Shown here in pieces: positions 7,097 through 15,840 of a stretch of 64,000 nucleotides of DNA. The stretch lies in assembly GCA_041652815.1 (NCBI GenBank), contig JBAZGN010000001.1, positions 33,363-97,362 of the forward strand, in the 5' to 3' direction. This DNA comes from Candidatus Omnitrophota bacterium (lineage in GTDB: Bacteria; Omnitrophota; Gorgyraeia; Duberdicusellales; 4484-171). Position numbers and translations under genes: made by a program. Positions within the stretch are counted from its first letter, which is position 1. Each line of letters starts with the position of its first letter. The notes below the pieces were generated by a model that saw nothing but the letters and a program-made list of their open reading frames with translations, was not told the DNA's origin and did not search any database.

Positions 7097-8521
7097 TTAA
7101 ACCGCGAAAACCCTTCTCTGCCCTATGTAAAGACTGGCGTTATTGATTTCTTTCTTTGTTTCGAAAGATAAACTCTTCATTATTATTTTACAAAAATCTT
7201 TTCCTAAAACGTACTGGCCGAAGCTGTTCGTAAAAGATGCTACCCCGAATTGCTCTTTAAATACCTCAACAAGAATGTCGGTGATTTGCTTAAAATCCGA
7301 TTCTTTTTCCAAATTCAAAATATCGGGCATATATTTTACCAAATTCTTTTTGCTTTCTTTATTAAGAAAATAGTTCTCTATTGTTTTCATATCGCCTAAA
7401 AATACCCTTTCCATATAAGGCCAGACGAGTAAGTATTTTTTTAAAAGGTAAGCTAAGTTGGTTTTCCGGTCAGTTAAAACTGCCCAATTCGGCAGCATTC
7501 TTTCTTTGGTTTTTGTCAAAATATTATTCAGTATAACCGCTTGGTTTCCTTTTGGCTGTGAAAATCTTGTAAGCACGGGCACATAGAAAGTTTCACTCTC
7601 TATAAGCAGCAACCTCTTAAATCTCTTGGCTTTTTCCAAAAATGCTGCGCCTTTATTCAATATTTTTGGATAATACCCCATTAAAAAAGCAGGGTTAGAT
7701 AAATTACATTCTATTCTTTCTAATACTTTACCTTTTTCATCCAATAGCTCTATTTTGTTAATTCCGGAAGATATGCCGCTTATAAAGCTTATAGTAAGCG
7801 TTGAAAGATAATCAAAGCTTTTAGTATATCCGATAATTATAGTTTTATCTTTCAAAAGCCGGGAGACTGAAGCCCTTACATGATATAAAGGCATAAAGAA
7901 ATCATCGATATTGCAGGGACCGTCCCAAAGTGTGGTTAATTTTGCATCGGAAAATCCGATTGTCTCATTTAGAAAATAAAACTTTACCGTTGAAACGAGT
8001 TTAAGCCTTTCTTTTATTTTCTCTAAGCTTATTGCCGGTTTATAATTAACCGTTCGTAAAGAAAAGTATTTTACGCTTTTTGCGGGATAAAAAAAACATT
8101 CGCAAAGCCGTAAAAACCCCGGCCTTTTTACATTTTTCTCTACCTGGCCGCCGATATAAGAAGAAAAACTAAACATTATTATAAGCTTCTTTATCAAATT
8201 TACGCTTAAATGCGGGAAATAGGCGCGTAATTCTTCTTTTAAAAAATCATAGAAACCAACCTGCGAATCTATGGCCTTCAGTAACAATAGCCCGCAGTCT
8301 TGAATGGATTTACCCTGATACAAAAGAAGATGTTTTTTCCTGCCGCGCGCGGATTGTGTGCCTTTTGTTTTTAAAACAGTACTGATTGTACTTTTAGAAA
8401 TGTTTAGCTGGTGTTTTTCTTTTAAAAGCCGGGATAATCCTCTTACGCCAAGATGGGGGTTTCTTTTGGCTTCAGATAGAATGAGATTCTTGTTGATAGA
8501 ATTTGTCTTAACTCGCATCAA
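7097..8521 (-). CDS. Hypothetical protein with N-terminal helix-turn-helix (transposase-like N-terminus; no clear DDE)
   Basis: N-terminus ...ILSEAKRNPHLGVRGLSRLLKEKHQLNISKSTISTVLKTKG resembles HTH domains of IS630/Tc1-type transposases; remainder unassignable by eye. Confidence 0.3.
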   Translation of the reverse strand: MMRVKTNSINKNLILSEAKRNPHLGVRGLSRLLKEKHQLNISKSTISTVLKTKGTQSARGRKKHLLLYQGKSIQDCGLLLLKAIDSQVGFYDFLKEELRAYFPHLSVNLIKKLIIMFSFSSYIGGQVEKNVKRPGFLRLCECFFYPAKSVKYFSLRTVNYKPAISLEKIKERLKLVSTVKFYFLNETIGFSDAKLTTLWDGPCNIDDFFMPLYHVRASVSRLLKDKTIIIGYTKSFDYLSTLTISFISGISSGINKIELLDEKGKVLERIECNLSNPAFLMGYYPKILNKGAAFLEKAKRFKRLLLIESETFYVPVLTRFSQPKGNQAVILNNILTKTKERMLPNWAVLTDRKTNLAYLLKKYLLVWPYMERVFLGDMKTIENYFLNKESKKNLVKYMPDILNLEKESDFKQITDILVEVFKEQFGVASFTNSFGQYVLGKDFCKIIMKSLSFETKKEINNASLYIGQRRVFAV

Positions 8522-8530
8522 TTAAATAAT

Positions 8531-8670
8531 CAATAACCAAGATACAAGATACAAATAATAACCAAGTTCCAATATCCAATGATCAAACAAAACATTGCGC
8601 TCCCCTTTTGTTCATTGGGATTTGGTTATTGGTCATTGTTTGGTTATTGTATCTTGGAGCTTGGTTATTT
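8531..8670. repeat. Long imperfect palindrome built from 'aataaccaa/ttggttatt' units (family A, copy 1)
   Basis: Left arm caataaccaagatacaag...ccaatatccaatgatcaaac; right arm ...gttcattgggatttggttattggtcattgtttggttattgtatcttgg. Confidence 0.7.
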
Positions 8671-8693
8671 TTAATTCTATGGCGGGAAATAGG

Positions 8694-9761
8694 TTAAGCC
8701 ATCTCCGAGAAAATCTTTTCATCAAGAAGCCCTAACCGGTTAAATTCAGCAAAAAAGCGGGGATACATTCTCATTACTGTCCTAAATTTTCCTTTTATTC
8801 TTCCGTCCGGGGTTCTACCTTCGCGCCTAAAAATAAATAAATCCTGAAGCGCCACTTCGCCGCGTTCGACTCCACGCGCCTCAGATATATGGGTTATCCT
8901 TCTTACCCCGTCAGGGAAACGTTCTTGCTGGACTATTACATGCAAGGTATTACCTATCATTCTTCTTATTTCTTCAATCGGCAGCTTAATTCCGCTTGAT
9001 AAAATAAGGGTCTCCATACGACTGGTCACTTCCTGGGGGCTATTAGCATGGATTACGGCGAGAGTTCCGCGATGGCCGGTTGACATTGCCTGAATCATAT
9101 CGAGCGCTTCCGGGCCTCTGACTTCACCGACGATAATTCTATCCGGCCGCATACGAAGAGCATTTCTTATCAAATCACGCAAAGTAACTTCGCCTTTTCC
9201 GTCTTTATCCGGTGCGCGCGTTTCCATAGGCACAAGGTTTTCCTGATGCAAAATCAATTCCGCAGTATCTTCAATGGTTACAACCCGCTCCTGCTCAGGA
9301 ATATGATAAGAAAGCATTTCCATTGTTGTGGTTTTTCCTGAACCGGTGGCTCCTGAGAAAAGCACGTTTACTTTTCCGTGGATACAGGCAATTAGAAAAT
9401 CCGCCATTTTTTTGCTCATTGTGCCTTCCTTCATAAGGTCTTCCAGGCTATGAAGGTTTCGGTTAAATTTCCTGATGGTTATTGCTGTGCCGCGGCGGGA
9501 AAGCGGGTAAGTTATAAGATTCATACGCGAGCCATCCGGAAGGGCAACGTCGCCGAAAGGGTTATAGTAAGATATGGGCTTACCGGCTTTAGCGTAAAAT
9601 TCCTCTATGATATCGTTTATATCTTCTTCCGTAAAAGTCAGCTCAATCTTACTCTTGACGCCGCCTATTTCCAGAAAAGTATCTTTGGACCCATTTATCA
9701 TAATTTCGGTAATTTTGGGGTCCTTCAGCAATTGCCTTATTTTATCTGCGCCTAATCCCAT
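8694..9761 (-). CDS. cpaF: CpaF/TadA-family pilus assembly ATPase (short form, ATPase core only)
   Basis: Walker A GATGSGKTT, Asp/His boxes; T2SS/T4SS-E ATPase fold; 355 aa. Confidence 0.8.
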   Translation of the reverse strand: MGLGADKIRQLLKDPKITEIMINGSKDTFLEIGGVKSKIELTFTEEDINDIIEEFYAKAGKPISYYNPFGDVALPDGSRMNLITYPLSRRGTAITIRKFNRNLHSLEDLMKEGTMSKKMADFLIACIHGKVNVLFSGATGSGKTTTMEMLSYHIPEQERVVTIEDTAELILHQENLVPMETRAPDKDGKGEVTLRDLIRNALRMRPDRIIVGEVRGPEALDMIQAMSTGHRGTLAVIHANSPQEVTSRMETLILSSGIKLPIEEIRRMIGNTLHVIVQQERFPDGVRRITHISEARGVERGEVALQDLFIFRREGRTPDGRIKGKFRTVMRMYPRFFAEFNRLGLLDEKIFSEMA

Positions 9762-9857
9762 ATCTTCCTCACTTCGTTCGGCAGAAACCAGATTACAGTT
9801 TATAGAAACCAGAAAAAATCAGCTCTGGTTTCTGTACTCTGGTTTCCGGTTTCTGTC

Positions 9858-12023
9858 TTAATCTTTCGGTACAAATATTTCCCTCGATAAATCAACACCC
9901 CTGGCTCTTATTTCATCATAGAAAGTAGGTATATAGCCAAGCGGGGTGAAATAACCTATAACATTACCTTCCGCATCAACACCGGTTTGCCTATGCGTAA
10001 ATATATCCTGCAAATTGATATGCGTTTCATCAAGCATGCCGACGACTTCGGTAATCCCGGTAACCTTTCTTGAACCGTCGGACAAACGCGCAGTTTGTAC
10101 TATAACATGTATAGCTGAAGCAACTTGCTCTCGTATAGCACGAATGGGCAGCTCTATCCCCGCCATAAGAATCATACTGTCAAGCCTTATCAAAACATCA
10201 TGAGTTGAATTAGCATGGATTGTAGACATACTCCCATCGTGGCCTGTATTCATAGCCTGCAACATATCTAAAACTTCCTTTCCTCTTACTTCGCCAACGA
10301 TAATTCTATCCGGCCTCATACGCAAAGTGTTTCTGAATAAATCTCTTATTGTGATTTCTCCTTTTCCTTCTATGTTTGGGGGACGAGCTTCAAGCCGTAT
10401 CCAATGCCTCTGGTTCAATTTAAGTTCTGCCGAATCTTCAATTGTAACTATACGCTCCCGCTCTGGTATACAGGACGAAAGTATATTTAAAAATGTAGTT
10501 TTACCCGAACCGGTGCCGCCTGAAACCAGTATGTTTTTTCTCGATTTAACCGCAGCTTCCAGAAAAAGCGCCATATCCGGGGTAAGACTTGCGAAACGGT
10601 TAATCAAGTCATCCATTGTCCAGCGTTGACGGGCAAATTTTCTTATGGTAAGTGTTGGCCCCGTCAAAGATAAAGGCGAAATTATTGCATTAACACGCGA
10701 GCCGTCAGGAAGCCTGGCATCAACATAAGGAATTGATTCGTCAATGCGCCTGCCAAGCGGCGCAAGTATCCTTTCTATCACTATACGCACTTGTTCATTA
10801 CTCGTAAATTTTTTGCTGGTTAATTCAATTTTTCCAAATCTCTCTATGTATATCTGGTCTTTATTATTAACCATAATTTCCGTAACCGTTACGTCTTTAA
10901 GTAGGTCCTCAAGCGGCCCAAGGCCCAAAGCCTCTTCTACTATTTCTTTAGTTATTTTTCTCCTGATTTCCGTTGAAGCAATAAAGCCCCCTGCTTCTTT
11001 ACTGATAACGTTTGAAACAATTTTTTCTGCTTTTGCCCGTAACTCAGCCATTTTCTGGGCGCTGCCGGCATACATTTCAACCTGCACTCTTTTTAAATCA
11101 AGCTCTTCGATGAGCTTTTCATGCACTGTTTTTTTAAATTTTATTATTTGGTCTTCTTCTTCAAGGAGAGTGGTTTTCTCTGCTTTTTCCATCACGCCCA
11201 CGCGCTGCCAGAAAACTTCCTCTCCTTCAAAAGCCTCTTTAACCACTCTTACTTCACTTAAAGTTTTATGGCTTATATAAATATCTTTTCTTTCGATTAT
11301 ATCTTTGGCGAGCTTTTGTATGGCGCTTGTAAATTTACATTGCGGGTTGTCTATAATCAGAGGCACTCCACGGTTAACGGCAAGGCCGGCGGCTTTTCCC
11401 TCCGAGGGAATGAGCCCGATAATTTCCGAAGGAAGCAGTGTTTTTATTTCCTGCCAGGTTATTGCCCCTTTGCTTTCCGCGCGGTTAAGCACTATTTTTG
11501 TCATCGTCAGCGGAAAACCAAGGCTCTGGAGAGTATCCAACAACCACTGTGTTTGATAAACCGATAAAATATCCGGCGTAAGCACAAGGCTTATAAGGTT
11601 AGAACTTTCAAGGGTTGCTATGAGATTATCCGTTAAGCTTGAGCCTGCATCTATTATAATATAATCAAAATCATTCCATATAATCGATATGAAATCTTTC
11701 ATCATTTGCGGAGTAAAAGATGTACGCTGGGACATTTTGAAGATTGCCGGAAGAAATACCAGATTGCCCCTATAAATTGCGCTGTAATTATCTATGGTTC
11801 TTTTTTTCTCTTTAAAATCTTTAAGGTAATCTAAGAGGTTGAAAAGGCAGTATTTACTCTCAACTCCCAGCAGCTTTGACGTTGCCTGTGGAGCTCCTAA
11901 ATCAAAATCCAGCAAAAATACTTTTTTGTTTTGCAGGGAAAGTTGAACGGCAAGATTTAAGGAAACAAGCGTTTTTCCTACGCCGCCCTTGGTGCTAAAG
12001 AAAGAAATTACCTTCGCCTCCAT
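9858..12023 (-). CDS. Fusion protein: TadZ/CpaE-like ParA/MinD ATPase domain (N) + full CpaF/TadA secretion ATPase (C)
   Basis: N-terminus FFSTKGGVGKTLVSLNLA (deviant Walker A of MinD/ParA/CpaE); C-terminal half has GGTGSGKTT and the CpaF core; 721 aa. Confidence 0.7.
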   Translation of the reverse strand: MEAKVISFFSTKGGVGKTLVSLNLAVQLSLQNKKVFLLDFDLGAPQATSKLLGVESKYCLFNLLDYLKDFKEKKRTIDNYSAIYRGNLVFLPAIFKMSQRTSFTPQMMKDFISIIWNDFDYIIIDAGSSLTDNLIATLESSNLISLVLTPDILSVYQTQWLLDTLQSLGFPLTMTKIVLNRAESKGAITWQEIKTLLPSEIIGLIPSEGKAAGLAVNRGVPLIIDNPQCKFTSAIQKLAKDIIERKDIYISHKTLSEVRVVKEAFEGEEVFWQRVGVMEKAEKTTLLEEEDQIIKFKKTVHEKLIEELDLKRVQVEMYAGSAQKMAELRAKAEKIVSNVISKEAGGFIASTEIRRKITKEIVEEALGLGPLEDLLKDVTVTEIMVNNKDQIYIERFGKIELTSKKFTSNEQVRIVIERILAPLGRRIDESIPYVDARLPDGSRVNAIISPLSLTGPTLTIRKFARQRWTMDDLINRFASLTPDMALFLEAAVKSRKNILVSGGTGSGKTTFLNILSSCIPERERIVTIEDSAELKLNQRHWIRLEARPPNIEGKGEITIRDLFRNTLRMRPDRIIVGEVRGKEVLDMLQAMNTGHDGSMSTIHANSTHDVLIRLDSMILMAGIELPIRAIREQVASAIHVIVQTARLSDGSRKVTGITEVVGMLDETHINLQDIFTHRQTGVDAEGNVIGYFTPLGYIPTFYDEIRARGVDLSREIFVPKD

Positions 12024-12079
12024 ATTATATATTATACCTTATTTCGCAGGAAATTTCTACTCCAAGCGGAGTTTGCGGG

Positions 12080-13690
12080 TTAACGCTTATTTTTTTCGCG
12101 GTAAACTATCGGCACGTCAATATTCAATTCCCGTATATCGCTGTCTGGCGGAAACGGCGGGAATGTCAAGCTTCTTACAAGCTTTACTGCGTCGGTATCG
12201 AATATCCTATGGCCGGAAGATTTTGTAATTTTCACGTCTTTAATGTCACCTGTTTGGTTGATATTTAATTTCAAAACAACCATTCCTTCCCAGCCCGTCT
12301 GCATAAGCGAAGGCGGATATGAAATATTGTTTGCTATTTCATCCTGCACATCCAATACGTAATTTTGTAAATTGTTAGGTATTATTCCGGTATATAGTTC
12401 CAGGTTCTTTTTCTCCGATACTTCTTTTACTTCGGGAATTTCCTCTTTATCATCCAACGGTATAACTTTGGGGGTAAGCGATATTACCAATTCTGTTTGC
12501 GAGTTTTGAAATTCCTTTGACCGGAATAACGCTCCAATTACCGGTAAATTACCCAAAGCAGGCAGTTTGTCTATGCTTTCGGAGTCTTTCTGTTTTATGA
12601 GCCCTGCTATAAATATCGTATCTCCTGATTTAAGATTCAAAACGGTTTCCGCAATTCTTGTAGTAAATGCCGGAACCCTCGTACCTGAAACCGTTATGGC
12701 ATTTACCAAATCCAAGGCGCTTACTTCCGCACGCATACTTGCATAAATCTTTTTATTATCGCTTGAAACTATCGGCCTTATTTTTAAAATGACTCCGTAT
12801 TCCTTATAAGAAACACTGACTGAAGTTCCGGCTGAACCCGTAGTTGAACCGCTTAGATACGGCACTTCTCCACCTACCGACAGTTTAGCTTCCTCGCCGC
12901 TTAAACATAATAACTTTGGCCTGGACAATTCTTTGCCTTTGCCGTCACGAACAAGCATATCAATTCTTGCGGTTAACGCATCTCTTGACCAGCTTCCCAT
13001 ACCCCAGGCAGCAGTCCATGGCTTTTGAATGTTAAGTGTGGTTGACACGCCGGTGGCACTTGCAGCAGGAGCAACATAAGGCTCCTGGCGGATTTGTATA
13101 TATTCCTGCCATTTTACACCGAGCCTGTCGAGGTCGCTTTTGTTTAATTCAAGGATGCGGGCTTCTATTTCAACCATCTTAGTTTCTTTCTTTACGGTCA
13201 AAATGTTGTCAACCCTGTCCTTAAAAGACTCAACAACCTTGTCTATTTGTTCTTTCTCAATACTGGTTATGTCTCCTGCGATAATTATTTTTCCTGTAGC
13301 TTCATTTTTCTTTAAAACCACGTTGCTTATTTTCAAATCTCGCCTTATAAGCTTCTCCAGCCGCATCAATACCCTGTCGAGGTCTTGCGAATATACGGTT
13401 ATATAATAAGTCTTTTCCCCGTCTTTATTCCAGATGGTTAGCGTTGTTTCGCCGGGCTTTTTAGCTACAATTACTATTTCTTTATCCGATACTTTTGTTA
13501 TATCAGCTGTTTCAGGGTCGCGCATGGAAACTCTCTGAGGGAAAGAAACTGCTATTGCCATAGCCTCTCCGGAAACTAAAGTATATTCATCTTCGGCTAA
13601 TGGCTCAAAAATATTTTGCGAAAAGGAAAATGAATTGGTTAGTAAGAAGACGATAAAACTTATATGTATGAATATTTTTCTTAGCATCAA
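12080..13690 (-). CDS. cpaC: CpaC/RcpA-like secretin with an additional C-terminal TonB_C-like domain
   Basis: Secretin core ...GDTIFIAGLIKQKDSESIDKLPALGNLPVIGALFRSKEFQNSQTELVISLTPKVI. C-terminal YPPSLMQTGWEGMVVLKLNINQTGDIKDVKITKSSGHRIFDTDAVKLVRSLTFPPFP matches the TonB C-terminal domain pattern. Confidence 0.75.
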   Translation of the reverse strand: MMLRKIFIHISFIVFLLTNSFSFSQNIFEPLAEDEYTLVSGEAMAIAVSFPQRVSMRDPETADITKVSDKEIVIVAKKPGETTLTIWNKDGEKTYYITVYSQDLDRVLMRLEKLIRRDLKISNVVLKKNEATGKIIIAGDITSIEKEQIDKVVESFKDRVDNILTVKKETKMVEIEARILELNKSDLDRLGVKWQEYIQIRQEPYVAPAASATGVSTTLNIQKPWTAAWGMGSWSRDALTARIDMLVRDGKGKELSRPKLLCLSGEEAKLSVGGEVPYLSGSTTGSAGTSVSVSYKEYGVILKIRPIVSSDNKKIYASMRAEVSALDLVNAITVSGTRVPAFTTRIAETVLNLKSGDTIFIAGLIKQKDSESIDKLPALGNLPVIGALFRSKEFQNSQTELVISLTPKVIPLDDKEEIPEVKEVSEKKNLELYTGIIPNNLQNYVLDVQDEIANNISYPPSLMQTGWEGMVVLKLNINQTGDIKDVKITKSSGHRIFDTDAVKLVRSLTFPPFPPDSDIRELNIDVPIVYREKNKR

Positions 13691-13706
13691 TCGCCTCCCT
13701 TTGTTT

Positions 13707-14519
13707 TTATCGTTCTACAGGAATCTCTTCCTGCTTAGCGCCTTTATAAATTTCTATGGTCGGGGGTTTTTCCTGCGGAATAGTGCGCTGTATTAATCCC
13801 AATTTATTTAAAAGCCCCTCGAGCGTAAGTGCGGAATATTCGGGCTCTCCGGCTTTATCCAAAGGCGTCCTTAATACCAGGCGTATTTTGCCAAGCTCAA
13901 GCGAATACGTCAGCAATTTTGTACCATCCGGGTCAAGCGCAAGCGTAATTGTATCGGCTTTTCCTTCTGCCCGGTAAGGAGACAGATTTTTGTTGGTGGC
14001 AAGGACTTTTACGTTTTGAAAAAGCGTAATTACAATAGGTGGGCTTGCTCCTTTTTCGGCAGGAAAGCTGAATGTACCTATAATATCAACTATATCTCCC
14101 GGCTTAATCAACCCCTCTACCGCAGAAAGTTTATCTACGGAAATAGTAATTGCGCGTTTACCTTCAGGAACGGCGTCAGAAAGGTATTTAAAACCAATTA
14201 ACGGCTTAACTGCTTCACTGTTTAAATGCTGGTCTTTTAAAACATCTGTTATGGCAAACTTTCCTATAACTGAATCAACTGACGTTAAATCGCCGGGCTG
14301 TAAAGTTTTCGAAGCAACAGTGGCGAGTTTTACCATATCCGAAGTAATTGTGGTTTCTCTTGCGATATCTTCTTTTGCCACAACAACCTCAACCAATTGC
14401 CCTTTCTTAATAAGTTCCTGGATAAGCCGTTCTCGTGTTTGCATCTGGGCGTTTATAACGATGATAGCAATAATTGCAATACCTACGCCGATTAATAAGT
14501 TCACGATCCTTTTATCCAT
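13707..14519 (-). CDS. cpaB: CpaB/RcpC-like Flp pilus assembly protein
   Basis: N-terminal TM helix, SAF-like domain; first gene of the cpaB-cpaC-ATPase order. Confidence 0.7.
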   Translation of the reverse strand: MDKRIVNLLIGVGIAIIAIIVINAQMQTRERLIQELIKKGQLVEVVVAKEDIARETTITSDMVKLATVASKTLQPGDLTSVDSVIGKFAITDVLKDQHLNSEAVKPLIGFKYLSDAVPEGKRAITISVDKLSAVEGLIKPGDIVDIIGTFSFPAEKGASPPIVITLFQNVKVLATNKNLSPYRAEGKADTITLALDPDGTKLLTYSLELGKIRLVLRTPLDKAGEPEYSALTLEGLLNKLGLIQRTIPQEKPPTIEIYKGAKQEEIPVER

Positions 14520-14535
14520 TTACACTCCTTATTTT

Positions 14536-14627
14536 TAGAAGCGGATTACCGCGGATGTTTACGCGGATTTACGCACGGTAATTTGCTTGCGTTTATCCGC
14601 GTTTAGATCCGCGGATATCCGCTTCTA
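14536..14627. repeat. 'gcggat' palindromic element, complete copy without cargo (arm1 tagaagcggattaccgcggatgtttacgcggat; arm2 atccgcgtttagatccgcggatatccgcttcta)
   Basis: Two inverted arms about 35 bp each separated by about 25 bp; the same arms recur at 20843-20885/21282-21320, 27536-27578/27975-28013 and 32673-32847. Confidence 0.75.
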
Positions 14628-15515
14628 TTTTAACAAATCTTCTGATTTTTCTACGCGCGCTTTCGCCTTAAAACTTTCGATTAATTTATTAACCTCTTGT
14701 TCGGTTTTGTCTTCCCGCAATGCGTCTTCAAGTTTTTTCTCTACGTCAGCGAAAGAAACCTCTCCACCGCCCTTTGCTTCTTCAACTTTTATTATATAAT
14801 ATTTGCCGTCATCGGCCTTGAAATAATTTGACAATCTTCCCGGCTCAACCGTAGCAATAGCTGCCCAAAATTTTGCGTTTTTTTGCAAATCTTCAAGCGA
14901 GGGAGTTAGCCAGCCGCGGTCTCCCCCCTTATCCCTGGAAGGCGCAACAGATTCCTGGCGGGCTATTTTCTCAAAATCTTCGCCCGTGAGTAACCTAACA
15001 TAAATATTCTTTGCATCAGCCTCGGAATTTACTGCTATTTCTCTAATCTTTATTTGGCGCGGTTCTTTAAAAAATTCCTTGTTTTTATCGTAAAAAGCGC
15101 GGACTTCTGCGTACGAAACGGTTACGCTTTTTTCTATATCTTTTCTAATTTTTGCCGCAAGCAGCGTGTCGCGCGTATCCCTCAATGCCCTTGCGATATC
15201 ATCACTTTTATCAATTCCTTTTTCTGTAGCTATTTGAGCCAGTATTTGGTTCTTGATAAGGTCGTTAAGAAACTTAATTTTGAAGTCTGTGCTGTTTACG
15301 TTTATGTTTTGCTGGGTAGCTATTGGCTCTATGCTTCTTAAATAATTTTTAAAATCGTCCAAGCCTATCGCCCAACTATTTACTCTGGCGAGCAGCGCGC
15401 CGTGAATAGCCACTTCTTCATTTGTTTCGGCTGGCTTCGGCGGAAAAACTTTATCACAGCCGATAAAAACTGCGATAAGAAATATAAGTGTAACAACTGG
15501 AAACGCCTTACGCAT
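14625..15515 (-). CDS. PrsA/SurA-like parvulin-type peptidyl-prolyl isomerase lipoprotein
   Basis: Lipobox-like FIGC; PpiC-type motif region IKIREIAV...ESVAPSRDKGGDRGWL. Confidence 0.6.
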   Translation of the reverse strand: MRKAFPVVTLIFLIAVFIGCDKVFPPKPAETNEEVAIHGALLARVNSWAIGLDDFKNYLRSIEPIATQQNINVNSTDFKIKFLNDLIKNQILAQIATEKGIDKSDDIARALRDTRDTLLAAKIRKDIEKSVTVSYAEVRAFYDKNKEFFKEPRQIKIREIAVNSEADAKNIYVRLLTGEDFEKIARQESVAPSRDKGGDRGWLTPSLEDLQKNAKFWAAIATVEPGRLSNYFKADDGKYYIIKVEEAKGGGEVSFADVEKKLEDALREDKTEQEVNKLIESFKAKARVEKSEDLLK

Positions 15516-15840
15516 TGAACCTCCTCTATAGTTATAAGTTTATCAATATAACCTTATTAAATCAAGATTTTTTTTAAAAATAAATCCGGCCAGGAAACTC
15601 ATCCCGTTTAGAGATTTATTCCTAACAGGATAAGCTGCATAATTTTTATCGTTGCCTTTGGGGCAAATTTAGTTTAGAATATAGCAATGAACCCAGCCCT
15701 TCCAAGGTGTTATACTTATCCAAACAGTATAGTAAATTTGTTAGGAACAAGGCTGGTTAGTTTAGGCTGCAAAAATAATTTTCAGAAATTTACCGTTTGA
15801 AATAATTCATAAAACACTACTCGAAAAAAGGAAGGGCTGG

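Noticed and set aside
6655-7097. Possible RNase P RNA, SRP RNA or tmRNA in the GC-rich intergenic region
   Set aside because: No conserved RNase P P4 (AGGAAAGUCCGGGCUC), SRP domain IV (GGAAGCAGCC-like) or tmRNA tag or 3' end could be found; the structure is better explained as a cis-acting leader plus the HTH gene terminator.
8531-8670. CRISPR array formed by the repetitive aataaccaa-type units (also 30998-31136, 52466-52600, 55195-55380)
   Set aside because: Units are short (6-9 nt) and degenerate, with no unique spacers of regular length; the two halves are reverse complements of each other (hairpin), and there are no cas genes.
15516-15840. Small RNA or riboswitch in the prsA/HARP divergent intergenic region (12-bp inverted repeat cccagcccttcc / ggaagggctggg and ctaacagg/cctgttag repeats)
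   Set aside because: The right arm overlaps the HARP start codon and the layout is more consistent with divergent promoters plus an operator; no terminator or conserved RNA motif recognised. Left as unassigned regulatory DNA.
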